Both the position numbers and the translations under genes were made by a program. Shown here piece after piece: positions 51,801-64,000 of a stretch of DNA of 64,000 nucleotides. The stretch comes from Octopus sinensis (Eukaryota), in contig NC_043000.1 in NCBI RefSeq assembly GCF_006345805.1, positions 47,058,001-47,122,000 of the forward strand, given 5' to 3'. Below the pieces are notes generated by a model that worked only from the letters and a program-made list of their open reading frames with translations, made no database searches and had not been told where the DNA came from. Every line of letters starts with the position of its first letter. Positions within the stretch are counted from its first letter, which is position 1.

Positions 51801-54800
51801 TTTGCATCCAGCAGAACAGACCGTACGATATGCGTTGCTACACAGAGAACAATTAGATTTAGTTTGCTGACACATTAATAACTGAATCATGAAAACACGC
51901 TTGCATATACATGCATAAATTTATGTACAAAATCACAGGTATATGAAAAATATAGGTATGTTCATTCATTTATATACAAGCCCACATTTATATTTCAATA
52001 GGCACATTTGGATTGACAGACGCAAAAGAGGGATCTATAGATATATCTATGGGCACACACAAATGCACGTTTTTACAGGCTCAACTTGATCAGCACTCCT
52101 ATCAGCAGTTCTAGCTTCAACTTGTTCAAGAACATTGCAGTACTGTTTGGTTATTTGTCTTAGTAAAAAACGATATTTATATTTCGTGAAGCCGAAATGT
52201 TTCTTTTATATCCACAACATTAATCTTCCATATAGATTTGTCATTGTCCACGCCTAAAGGCAATTAAGAAATATGTTTCCATTCTGTATTTTCTATAGAA
52301 TAAAATGATCTCAGTTAATCCCTGGCTTCGTATCTTCTACATAGGCTGAATTTAAATTTCATATAGATTTTCTGGTTAATTATAGCGAGCTGGCCGTTTA
52401 GCTCTGCGATGTTCACGAGGAAAGAAAATGTAATGCTGCAGAACTGTTGAAAGATTACCGGCTGTTTGATGTTTCCTTGATGTATGTAACTATCGTTTAC
52501 TGATGCTGTTGAAGGAAACACTTGTTGTTGCGTTTTGCAGTTTCTGTTTATAAAAGCAGAAAAAGTCTGATATCATCGTGTCTAGATGTATTTAGATGAT
52601 GTTTGTATGCAGATTGCTAAAGAATGAAGTGTTTTATAATCGATATAAGAGTTTATGGTTAGAAGTGACAGTGCGAAGATAGTTCATTTACAAAAAAATG
52701 TGTATGGAAAATGTAAATGAATTCTAACATGAACCAACATTTACAAAATTGTTGTGTGTATATAACTTCATCATTGATTACTACAATAGATCAGTCTGAC
52801 TAGTAACATGTGATTCAAGAGTTGGATGGCAATGCAGTCCATAGGCAACTCACTTAACATAAGATTTCCATAACATTTGTTTGAAAGATTTCTTGTTGTC
52901 ACCAGCAACAGTATTACTTTCGTCAACGAACTGCAGATGTCTGCGATAGAGTAAAACTGCAGTCGTTCTGGTTCTACTGAATCTCACTAGAAGGTCAGAG
53001 AGAATGGAAAGAGACTTAAAACGATGAAATACGTTATTTACAATATTTTACATCTTTTTGAGATGATAAGTTATTAGTTGACTGAGTCAGAGGCTATTTT
53101 TGTGGGAAATTGGATATTTGTATTTGGTTTTCATACACTGTGTAGGCTCCCTTTGAGTGAGTGTGGGTTAAAATAAAATTTGACGATGATAAAAAAAGCG
53201 CTATGAAAGAGAAACTGCTACAGCATTTACTGTGCTGGCTAGTGCGACTAGAAGAAATTTCTCATTTGAGTTCCTGTGCATATGGTAGTGAGATAAAAGG
53301 GAGTAGGAAAAGGAAATTTTGTAGGGGTTTAGCGTATGCCGTATGGAATTAGAATAAAAACACCTTTGCTGCGATGCAAAAAAAAAAGAGATCTACGTGG
53401 TCACACATTCTACATAATACGATATAATTGTATCGCATATATTTTTTACTTAGAATTATATATGTCTAAAATAAAACACCCTGTTCAGAACAAATGAATT
53501 CGAATTCATGCTACATGAGCTAGTGGTTTAATACTGCATCTACCTGACACTTGTACATTTATGAAAATATTATTGTGAATAACCCCACCCCATATTTTAG
53601 CAGTTGATTTACTAGCATGTGTTTGAAAATTGACTTCGTTGAAAGTTTAATACTAGATATATGTTCACAATATGAAATTTAAAAACTATTTTGAATAAAT
53701 TAGTCATTTCTACATTTTAATTCTACGAATTGTTTTCTTCTTATAGCAACATTAGCATAATAAATATCATAAATATTTCAATAGGCTGTCATTCAGTGAC
53801 TTCCCTGCAAACGTTTATGCCTAGTTGAACTCCATATTTCCCTGTCTAACATCCTCTACTAAACATTACAACATATTGGCAATAAAGTTATTAATCATTT
53901 CTACAAATCTAAAATCGAGAAAACATTGTAAAAGAAAATATTAGTCACATCATATTAAGTCTTCAACACGTGTAAAATCTACCACTCTGCGATTATTGTG
54001 TCAAACACGGTGGCTTTAAAAAATTTTTGTTTTTGTTTTTGTTTTCTTGTTCTCTAAATTAACGACCTCTTCTTAATCTGAGCTAAATTTATGGAAAAAA
54101 ACTCAGAAAGGATACAAATATTTCTGCATCTTTAGAATTATAGCGCTACGTGTATCATGAAACCAATACGCATTATAAATGAATTTTTTATTATTATCAT
54201 TTGTTACTTTTATGCAAAGCCAAACTATCGGGGAACTAATGTAATAATATTCTGTGCCAAGAAAATAAAAGTCTTTATCAAAGAAAGATCTCAGCTTGAT
54301 GTCAAATTGTAAGAATAAACATCAATACTATGGAAAATTTCCAATGAATCATTGTCTTAGATATCAGTTTAACGTTTGGCATGCCATCATGAAAGCTGCT
54401 AGCAATTTGCACGTTTCTACAGCTATTTAAAATTGTGAACTTCAAAATACTAACATTTAAATAAACCTGTTGTTCCATACATAAAGTCGGCATAATCTCT
54501 GGAGTTTTCTTTCTTTCATTTTGCAGCAGTTAAATGAAAAATCACCATGCCATTGCCTTCTAGTTTTCTGAAGTTAACCATAAATATATTCTTAAGATGA
54601 AATAAAACAGTACGATACATTAAATCTATTTTCCATTTATTAATAGATAATAGAAGAAAAATAGTTCTTATTTCTGACTCATTTATTTGTCGTTTCTCAC
54701 AATTGAAACCTGACTAAATTTTTTCTAGTAAAATGTTATAGTATCCTAGGAAAACTGAATCAATAAGATATCGGTGAGTCGAGATATCAACAGTTATTAT

Positions 54801-55599
54801 TTTTTATGTCATTATGATATGTCCACAGCCAAGATACTTTACTCTCAATAGCTAAACTCCCAATTGCCACAGAACTGTAGAGTGTAGAGATATTTGAGAT
54901 TTGGAAATACCGTGAAATTGAATTGTTAGTTGACATGAGTTGTTGGCTAGCAATGCTTATTTTCCATTACGCTCTGTCTTCAAATTCAGCCCTATTTTGT
55001 TTTGTTTTTTATTTTGGGAGCAATAAAATAAATATTAGTTAAGTACTGAAGTTCAACATTCTCGACTATTTGCTCAGCATGACCAAATTTCAAACACTGA
55101 AACCAGTTAAATAATAAAATAACGCATCGCCGAGTTCCGCTCCTCTTATAGCTCGAACTTACAATGGAGTGAACCGAAGAAAAGGTACTGTCGATACCGT
55201 AATCAAGACGACGCCTTTTCTTTACCATAATCTTCGAAGAGTCATGTGTATTTTCAGAACGTAGTCAGAGCCTTCTTGACTAATGAAAGAAATAATTATT
55301 TTATTGCTACAGTGTGGTACGTACATTATTTACAGTATGTTACAGTTCTTTATCGTTCCATTTAAAATCTCAGTAAGAACTATGCTTTTCATTCTTCCAG
55401 AGAAGATAAATTAAAATATTAAACCAGAGCGAGTAGACTGGCAGAATTGTTACAGCGTTGGACAAAATGTATTTCACCTGAATTTACACGGTTTGACTGC
55501 TCAAACAGCTGTGACAAAATTTTTAACCGACAGGACAATGTCTTCTATAAAATACACAAGAGTTGTTGTTATTGTTGTTATAGTTATTATTACTATTAT

Positions 55600-55819
55600 T
55601 AAGGTGACGAGTGGCAAAATCATTATCTCACCGGACTAAATGCTTAGCAGCATTTTGTCTTTCTTAACATTTCTCAGTTCAAATTCTGCCGAGCTCAACT
55701 TTGCCTTTCTTCCTTTAGAGGTCAAGAAGAATAAGTACTACTTGAGTACTGGAGTCGATGCAATTGGTTATCTCCCTCCCTAAAAATTTAAGGCCTCGTG
55801 CCTATAGTAGAAATTATTC

Positions 55820-55913
<94 letters not shown>

Positions 55914-56290
55914 CAAGGAGGGAGAAAGCGGCGTGCCGGCAGAATCATTTGTACATCTGACAAAATACTCAGCAACATTTTGTCCAAATTTCGTTCTAGG
56001 TTCAAATACCGCCGAGGTCAAATTTGCTTTTTATCTTTTCGGGGTCGATCTACCAGTTAAGGACCACGATCGACACAATCGCCTAGCACCAACCATCCAC
56101 TCACAAAAATTCAGGTATTGAGCCTGTAGTAGAAAAGATTATTATCATTATCATATATCCTGCCGAAGTTGACTTTGCCTTTCGTCCTTTAGGGATCGAT
56201 AACATATATGCCATTTGGGCACTTGGGTCGATTCAATTAACAAATCGCTTCCCAAAGATTTCAGGCCTTGTGCCTATAAAAGAAATGATT
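55600..56290 (+). mobile_element. Cluster of old SINE family A fragments around a (TAT)n tract (55820-55913)
   Basis: TTCAAAT...GCCGAG(G)TC(A/G)ACTTTGCCTTT domain three times. Confidence 0.75.
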
Positions 56291-56300
56291 GTTATTATTT

Positions 56301-56553
56301 TGATTTGGCTCAGGTTCGGTCTTATTCCTGGTAGGATTTATATGGTAACCTTTGGCATCTACAAGTCTTCAGCAATCTTTCAAGTGCTTAGAACCCTCCT
56401 GATAATCATTGTTGTCCCTTAGAGACAAATGTGTTGTAGGAACTTACTGATTTCAATCTCCTCCAGCCATTTGTCTATATCTTAGCTTACTGTTCCCAAT
56501 GCACCAATTATTATAGACACAATCTTTACTGTTCGCATGCTCGAAATCCTTCC
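56301..56553 (-). mobile_element. R4/Dong-like RLE LINE 3' fragment
   Basis: VSIIIGALGTVS*DIDKWLEEI..LQHICL*GTTMIIRRVL; ends in AAAATAATAACAAT. Confidence 0.72.
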
Positions 56554-57816
56554 TATTACACATTTTATATTATTATTAATATCAATACGTCTGTGTCACA
56601 CTTAAGAGAAAGAAATTTTTGAAAGAAATTCTGTTGCATAAATAACATTTTTTTAACTAGATCTCTTGTAATCTGAAACCACCACCTATGAGTTGTATTA
56701 CTACTTCTCAATGACCATGTCTACTGGGCCACCAAAAGAACAACGATCTCAATGAGAAAATTAAGATACTTAAATTTGACGCATGTGTCCGGCAAGGGAG
56801 AGAGGAAGTGAGAGAGAAAGAGAGAGAGAGTTGGAAGGAGTGGCTTGTAGGTATTTCAATGCCTTTCTACGATTGAACTGAAATTGACCCCGGACTATTA
56901 AAGGCCTAACCACACACAAACACACGCACACATACAATTGCTTTGGGTCTTCTACCCATTTGAATTCGGCCATATACCAGATAACATGTTAAGTCTTATG
57001 TTCCGGAATTTAAATTTTGAGTTTGTTTTGATTATACAATTACACCTCAGCTAAAAATCAACTATTGGTTTTCGAATACAACCTTTTCTTTCTCTTTCTA
57101 TATTTTTTGTTAAGTTACAACTTCTCTGTTTTGGTCAGGATTTTTCCAATTTCTTTTTTCTTGTATAAAGTAATTGACGAAAGCATTTACATAAAAATTA
57201 GATTAATAGAGCCGAACAAAATCAAAAATTTTTATTCTATTTTTGCCTTTCCTTAATACTGACATATATTAATAATACCGACAAGAGCATAATATGAAAG
57301 AAATTTGGCTGTTATTTCTAGCAAATTGAACAACCGCACAGAGTTGTTCAATTGGCTCATTTGTTGATGTGCATAAGTAAACAAAAACTAAAAGACACAC
57401 ACATATATTTATATATAATAATGTATATGTATGTGTATGTGCGTGTGTGTGTGATAATAAGTGTCGCGTGATGGTAATAAATGAAACTGTCTCTTTCTAT
57501 ATTTTATGTTAAGTAAGAATTTCTCTTTTTTTGTCAAGATATTTCCAATCTCTTTTTTCTTGGATCAAGCAATTGACGAAAGCATTAAAAAAAATTTAAT
57601 TCATGGAGTCGAACAAAATCAAAAATATTAATTCTCTTTTTTCCCTTTCCTTTTTACTTTCCTACAATGTAATTAATTGCCGTATCCTATATACTGTGTC
57701 CTTGTATATTAGGTGAGTATTTCAGAAATATTTTCACCTTTTAAACAAAAACTAATACATTCGTATGTTTTTCAATTGAAACATTCTGAACCATAGCCGC
57801 TCTATCTATCTATTTT

Positions 57817-57914
<98 letters not shown>

Positions 57915-57949
57915 ACACATGTATGTATGTTTATATGTATATATTTATG

Positions 57950-58160
57950 TGTGTGTGTGTTTGTACCCCACCACGATTGCTTGACAACCGATGTTGGTGT
58001 GTTTGCGTTCCTGTAACTTAGCTGTGCAGCAGAAGAGATTGATCGAATAAGCACCAGGCTTACAGGGAAAAGTCCTGGGGTCAATTTCTTCGACTAAAGG
58101 GTAGTGCTGTAGCCTGACTATCATCAAATGACTGAAAGACGTAAAACAATAAAAGAATAA
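57950..58160 (+). mobile_element. 3' half of SINE family B
   Basis: GCTTGACAACCGATGTTGGTGTG...AAATGACTGAAA homology. Confidence 0.75.
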
Positions 58161-58280
58161 TTTCCTTTATATTCCCCTTGACGCCTTCTGATACTCTTTC
58201 CAAGGACCCAACAATAAATGACGTTATCTTCACCTTTTTCATTTTCCATAGCCGGTCGATTTCGTGCTTAAGAGGGTTCC

Positions 58281-58337
<57 letters not shown>

Positions 58338-58338
58338 G

Positions 58339-58369
<31 letters not shown>

Positions 58370-59888
58370 CCTTCCTTCTTGCCTATTCGTGTGTCAAAGG
58401 GACATGCAACTTCAACTATATAGCACCTTGTCCACCACCACTAGGTCCGGTCTGTTATGCTCTAGCACCTGATCTGTTTGGACTGGAAAATCCCAGATTT
58501 TGCTAGTCTCCGACTCCGTCACTCTCTGCAGTTTATGTTCATACCATGTCTTGTTTCTCTCTAGCCCCCTCTTTTCGTACAGTTTCCAATGGAGTATTTT
58601 CGCTACCTGGTCGCGCCGCCACAACTTGTAGCAGTTTTGGGCAAGTCTAGGGCGTTCGTTTCATCCACTCTATGGTTTCTGTGGTATTGAGCAGAATAAT
58701 TGCTGTAGCACATCTTTTATACAATTGTTTCATTCATCCTATTGCAGATGCAACACAGCGGAGACGCTTGCTCATCCCTAAGGTTGACCCTTCAGTTCTT
58801 GACCAAAGCTTGGTCCTGCAGTGCCAGTATAGTGCTGTCAGTCTGTTTTAGGGTTCTTTTCATCAGCCAATCCCACCTATATTTTCCAGCAACTTCTGTT
58901 GTGGCTTCATGGAATTGATTGTGTAGTCCCTTGCGTAATTCTTCTTCATGGCCTTTTTGTACTTCTTTCTTGGTTTTTCTTTTTGTCTGTGCCCTCAATT
59001 ATCCCTCGTTCCTAACGGTCACAGCAAGGTCTCCTTACTTTAGGCTAGGTATCTCATTGAGTTCTCGAGTTCGATGCGCACGCAGTCTTCCACACTTATC
59101 AGTCCCCTTCCTCCATTTGCTTTCTTCATGTATAGGCGATCAGTGTCTGAACGTGGATGATGGACTCCACGCATCGTTAGGAGCTTTTTTTTACTTTCGT
59201 TACACCTCCTTTAGTTCATCCTCTGTTCATTTCATCATTCCAGCGACATACCGAACTACTGCGACAGCGCGCGAGTTTATTGCCGGAATTTTGTTTTTGG
59301 CATTTCGCTTTGAAATCATTATTTTTCTCACTCGCCGCAGGTATTCTCATTTTGTCTTTTCCTTCATGTCCTGCTGTTTGATTCCATCTGCCTCAAGTAT
59401 TCCCAGGTATTTATACCTGGATTGAGGTTGAATTGCCTTAATCATTTCATCACGTCCCAAACATATGTCCTAGCAAGCTTTCCTCATCTCATCATCATCG
59501 AAGCACATTTTGAGTGTCCAAACTCCATCGTAATACCATTGGAGAAATATCCTCACAGAATAGACTATCCTGTCCAGTTATGCATTAGTTTTTATGAATA
59601 GCGTCAGGTCGTCTGTGCATAATAAGTGGTTCACTTTCCCCTTGCCGCTTCCCAGATCATACCCCATCTTTGTTTTATGTAGGATTTCCCTCAAGGGGGA
59701 TCCTTCCCAGCACGAATATCAGTGGGGACACACTGTTCCCATGGAAGATTCCTGTCTTGATTTTCACCTCTCTTAGTACTTGCTTCCCTGCTGTCAATTC
59801 CTTTCTCCAGCATTTCATGGAGCTTTCTCAGCTTCTTCATTCAATAACCTTGGACCCCCATCCAGTCCTGGTCTCTTCCAATTTGGGA

Positions 59889-59889
<1 letters not shown>
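58370..59889 (-). mobile_element. Degenerate R4/Dong-like RLE LINE, 5'-truncated at a (GAA)n tract
   Basis: PNWKRPGLDG, IFQGDSL-like region, RRDQVAKILHWKL, IWDFPVQTDQVLEHNRPDLVVVDK, IVEVACPFD. Confidence 0.85.
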
Positions 59890-59919
<30 letters not shown>

Positions 59920-59983
59920 CTTCTTCTTCTTCTTCTTCTTCTTCTTCTTCTTCTTCTTCTTCTTCATCATCATCATCTTCTTC

Positions 59984-60049
<66 letters not shown>

Positions 60050-60112
60050 GTCGTCGTCATCATCATGATCATGATCATCATCATCATCATTATCATCATC
60101 GTCGTCGTCATC

Positions 60113-60144
<32 letters not shown>

Positions 60145-60192
60145 ATCATCATCATCATCATCATCGTCGTCGTCATCATCATCATCATCATC

Positions 60193-60242
<50 letters not shown>

Positions 60243-60445
60243 GTCGTCGTCATCATCATGATCATGATCATCATCATCATCATTATCATCATCGTCGTCG
60301 TCGTCATCTTCATCATCATCATCATCATCATCATCATAATCATCATCATCATCATCATCGTCGTCGTCATCATCATCATCATCATCATCATCGTCGTCGT
60401 CGTCGTCATGATGATGATCATGATGATGATCATTATTATTATTAT
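59890..60445. repeat. Compound (CTT)/(CAT)/(CGT)/(TAT) microsatellite with higher-order duplication
   Basis: Block CGTCGTCGTCATCATCATGATCATGATCAT...TATCATCATCGTCGTCGTC recurs at ~60050 and ~60242. Confidence 0.93.
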
Positions 60446-61377
60446 TACCTCCGCCTTTGCTAAGGCGGAGGTATTTTTTTTTTTCAGTGTCTGTTTGTTT
60501 GTCCGAGGACAAGATATCTCAAGGACCGCTGGATAGATTCGAATGAAATTTTCAGGGATGTTTGGCCTTGTGATTGGCATGAACTGATTAGATTTTGAGA
60601 TAACTTCGGTATCGAACAAGGATTCTGGATTATTTGTTATATTTACTTTACATGATTACAAACTTACGTTAACTTTCAAGTCTTTCTCAATCATCTCCCT
60701 TTAGGCTGTTTCCAAAGTTTTATTTTCGTTTCTCTATTATTAATTTTACTCGCGTCTCTGTCTTAGTAGAAACTGATGGATAAAGCAATCAAACTACACA
60801 AACAAACAGCAGCAAAACCGTTCAAAATTAAATAGCACTAACATATTGTTATAATATATATATGTTATACATACATACTAACACTTTACAGTATTCTTAC
60901 ATATATACATACATCTACACATCGATCTAAAACAACAGGAATATTAAAGGAAGGCTGGAATTTAAGAGAAAAGAAAACCAAAAGGTCTCGTGCTATTCAT
61001 TTAAAAATTCCTGAGTAGAACTTACTATTATTACCTCTGCTTTTGAAACTATTTTGAATGGTGAATTTGTTAACTTTGGCTTGTTAACGGCTTGATAAGG
61101 ATAAACTATTTATTACTGTTACTAAATTTTCTACAGCCACCTTCACATTCCATATCTACCGTTGGGATCGATCAGGTATTGGATACGGATTATGGATTAT
61201 TTTTCCGTGTTTTTTAAAAAAAATTTTGAGAGCGGTCGGGTTTATTTTTAGTATTCTCGTTTGTCAGAACAGTCGAGTTTATTTCTGATATTCTCATTTA
61301 AAAAATCATCTTTTGCTGATCGTCGAGAGGACATTGGTGTTACCTTGGCAGAGCTTTGCGCTCTCTGAGTGCTCTCG
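60446..61377 (+). mobile_element. Helentron/HINE-like element or two fragments of one
   Basis: 5' hairpin TACCTCCGCCTT-TGCT-AAGGCGGAGGTA; 3' CCTTGGCAGAGCTTTGCGCTCTCTGAGTGCTCTC; AT-rich interior. Confidence 0.6.
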
Positions 61378-61459
61378 TCGTCGTCGTCATCATCATCATC
61401 ATCATCCTCCTCCTCCTCCTCCTCATCATCATCATTATTATTATTATTATTATTATTAC

Positions 61460-64000
61460 TTTTTTTTTCTTCTTTCCCGACTCCTAGGGCAAAGAAACTC
61501 ATAGTATACAATGGTAGGCCATTAAACCAAACTCAGTAGTTCGTTAATTTTTTTTTTTTTTTTAAGTTAAATTAAAATACATGAGCAGCAACAGTTCTCA
61601 CATCGACAATGCTCTTCTCAATACGTGTGATGTACCAGTTAAGACAATCTTTTGCACTTCTTGCAGGGATGGTAAGCCAGGGATCATTCTCATATAATTT
61701 TCGGTTCCCTTCTTGATCATTCCTAGTGCTCCTACGATCACTGGTATTGTAACCGCCTTGAGATGCCACATTTTCTCAATTTCAATGAGTAGGTCTTTAT
61801 ATTTTCTGAGTTTGTCAAACTCTTTCGCTGAGATATTATGATCACAGGGGATGCTCATGTCGATCAATAAGCAAACTTTATTGTTTTGGTCTTTCACAAC
61901 AATATCTGGTTTATTGGCCTTGATGGTTCGGTTGGTATGTACTGGAAAGTCCCACAGAATGGTTACATTTTCTCCTTCAGTTACAGCCTCAGGGTGGTGA
62001 TTATACAACTTGTCGGCAGTTTTGATATTGTAATGCCGACTTATTAGCCAGTGGAGATATTGACCAACTCTGTCATGTCTTAATTTATACTCCACTGGTG
62101 CTAAGACTTTACATCCAGAGATTAGGTGGTCCACTGTTTCAATCATGTCGTTGCAGAATCGGCATTTTGGGTCTGCTCCATTTTTCATCACATTGGCCTG
62201 GTAGTTCCGGGTTAATAGGCTTTGATCTTGAGCAGCCAGGATGAAACCTTCGCTCTCTGCTTTTAGCCCTGAGCTCCGTAGCCACTGATGGGTTTGCTTC
62301 TGGTCAACATCAGCTTGTTTGCTGCGAGTCACTTATTTGCCGTGCAGAGGTTTCTCCTCCCACCTATCAGCCAATTGCTCGTGCGCTTTTTTCATTGCCA
62401 TCATTTTCACCTTCTTTGCAACAATAGTTGCCGTACTTCCCTCGGGTTGTTCAGTTTGGGTATCCTGCACGAGATCAATAGCAAATTTTTTGCTTTCCTT
62501 TATGATAGAATGAAGCTTCTTTCGTCTCTCGTGATTTTCCACGAGCTTTAGCATCCAGTCATTCGATATTTCGAGATATTTGGCCAGTCCAATTGTGGTT
62601 GTTTTGTAAGCTAGTTCAAATTGGATCAGGCCTCGACCTCCTTGGGCTCTGGGAAGGTAAAGGCGATCTACGTCTGCCTTTGGGTGGTGCATCCTATTAC
62701 AACTCAGCAGCTTGCGTATTTTTCTATCTATATTCTTTACTTCACTCATATTCCAGTTCAACACATTGTAGCTATAAGTAACAACTGGAACTGCTAAGGA
62801 ATTTATAGCTAACACCTTGTTACGTGCATTTAGTTCAGATTTCAGGACTGCACGAACTCTCCTATAACATTCCTTCCTGATTTTCTCTTTCATGCTTGCA
62901 TGCTGAATACCAGAGCCTTCATTTATCCCTAAATATTTGTATGTTTGTTCTTGCTCAAGCTCTCTTATGACTGTGTCAACATCTAACACGACTGAATTTG
63001 TGATCTTCACTTTCCCTTTCTGGAAAGTGGCCTTGGCACACTTCTCAAGTCCAAACTCCATCCCGGTGTCATCGCTGAATGCTTTCACGGTGCGCAATAG
63101 GCCTTCAAGTTCATTATTGTCTTTACCATAAAGTTTTAAGTCATCCATATAAAATAGGTGGCTTATTTTTTTATTGGCAATTTTATACCCATACCCTGTT
63201 CTCTTTAATTCACTTGTAAGGGGTATTAGGGCTATGCAGAATATTAAAGGTGAAAGTGAGTCACCTTGAAAAATTCCACAATTGATGTTTATATTTTCTG
63301 AGGCAAGTACTCCATTAGAGTGGTATAACTGGAGATTCGTATTCCACAACGACATATTGTGCTTCAGGAAGTTTGAAATCACAGGGGAAATTTTGAAGAT
63401 GTCCAGCGATCTCAAGATCCATGGATGCGGTATACTGTCGAAGGCCTTTTTGTAGTCAATCCATGCGGTGCTGAGATTTCTGCGCTTGTTGTGACAGTTC
63501 TCAAGGATCATACGATTGATTAGCAGTTGATCTTTGCATCCGTAAGAGCCTCGGCGGCACCCTTTTTGTTCAATGGGGAAAATATCGTTCTTCTCCATGA
63601 ATGCATATGTTTTCTCCGCCAGGATAGATGTTAGGATTTTATATGTGGTGGATAGACAGGTTATAGGCCGATAGTTTTTTGGAAGGTTGGTTTCGTTATT
63701 CTTTGGGAGTAGGTAAGTAATGCCACTTGCTAACCATTCAGGTGTTTTCTTTGGGTCTCTCATAATTCCATTGAGCAGCTGAACTAGCTTACCGTGTGCG
63801 CATGGGAGCGATGCGAGCCAGAAATTCGGCACCCTATCTTTACCGGGGGATTTCCAATTATGGGCCTTCGTGAGTGCCTTTCTTAGGTCTGCTATTGTGA
63901 TGTCTTCCCATGCTTGTGTGTTGTAAATTTTGGTAGGATCCTTCAGTTTGTATAATCCAGTCTGCATTTATGTTGTACGTCTTCTTGTCACTCCAAATCC
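61460..64000 (-). mobile_element. Young R4/Dong-like non-LTR retrotransposon (RT + CCHC + restriction-like endonuclease), runs off the window
   Basis: 3'UTR ends GGAGTCGGGAAAGAAG(A)n then (AAT)n; long coding region below. Confidence 0.95.
61598..63967 (-). pseudogene. RT-RLE polyprotein split by one in-frame TAA (62333-62335)
   Basis: NWKSPGKD, NYRPITCL, EQKGCRRG, WIDYKKAFDS, IFQGDSLSP, FYMDDLKLY, CRFC..ETVDHLISGC, RHD, KPDIVV..IDMSIP. Confidence 0.95.

Noticed and set aside
54992-55280. Minus-strand MVKKRRRLDYGIDSTF ORF with GTAAGT donor-like and AG acceptor-like sites
   Set aside because: No recognizable homology, stops in all frames from the acceptor, and no partner exons.
59670-60619. 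Poly-Ser/His/Asp/Ile/Met ORFs up to 227 aa
   Set aside because: Trinucleotide repeats lack stops in most frames; no non-repeat coding context.

Overview
AT-rich, microsatellite-dense metazoan DNA with no supportable host gene. The repeat repertoire looks cephalopod (Octopus-like); this is inferred from memory of the SINE/LINE families, not from a search. Most listed ORFs are translations of simple repeats. Real coding remnants all belong to transposons: RTE-clade LINEs, six R4/Dong-like restriction-endonuclease (RLE) LINE copies (one nearly intact at 61.5-64 kb), a Penelope-like GIY-YIG fragment, three mariner elements, one piggyBac derivative and one MULE. There are also several tRNA-derived SINE families, MITEs and Helentron-type non-autonomous elements. 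The most unusual signal is RNA-level: about ten hammerhead-ribozyme (HHR) motifs in Penelope-type terminal-repeat sequences. These include a ~758-bp tandem array (29.8-32.0 kb) whose every unit carries all three hammerhead strands in a non-circularly permuted order, and an adjacent ~606-bp terminally redundant unit with a canonical-core HHR and a very long stem II. All folds were derived by eye and activity is untested.
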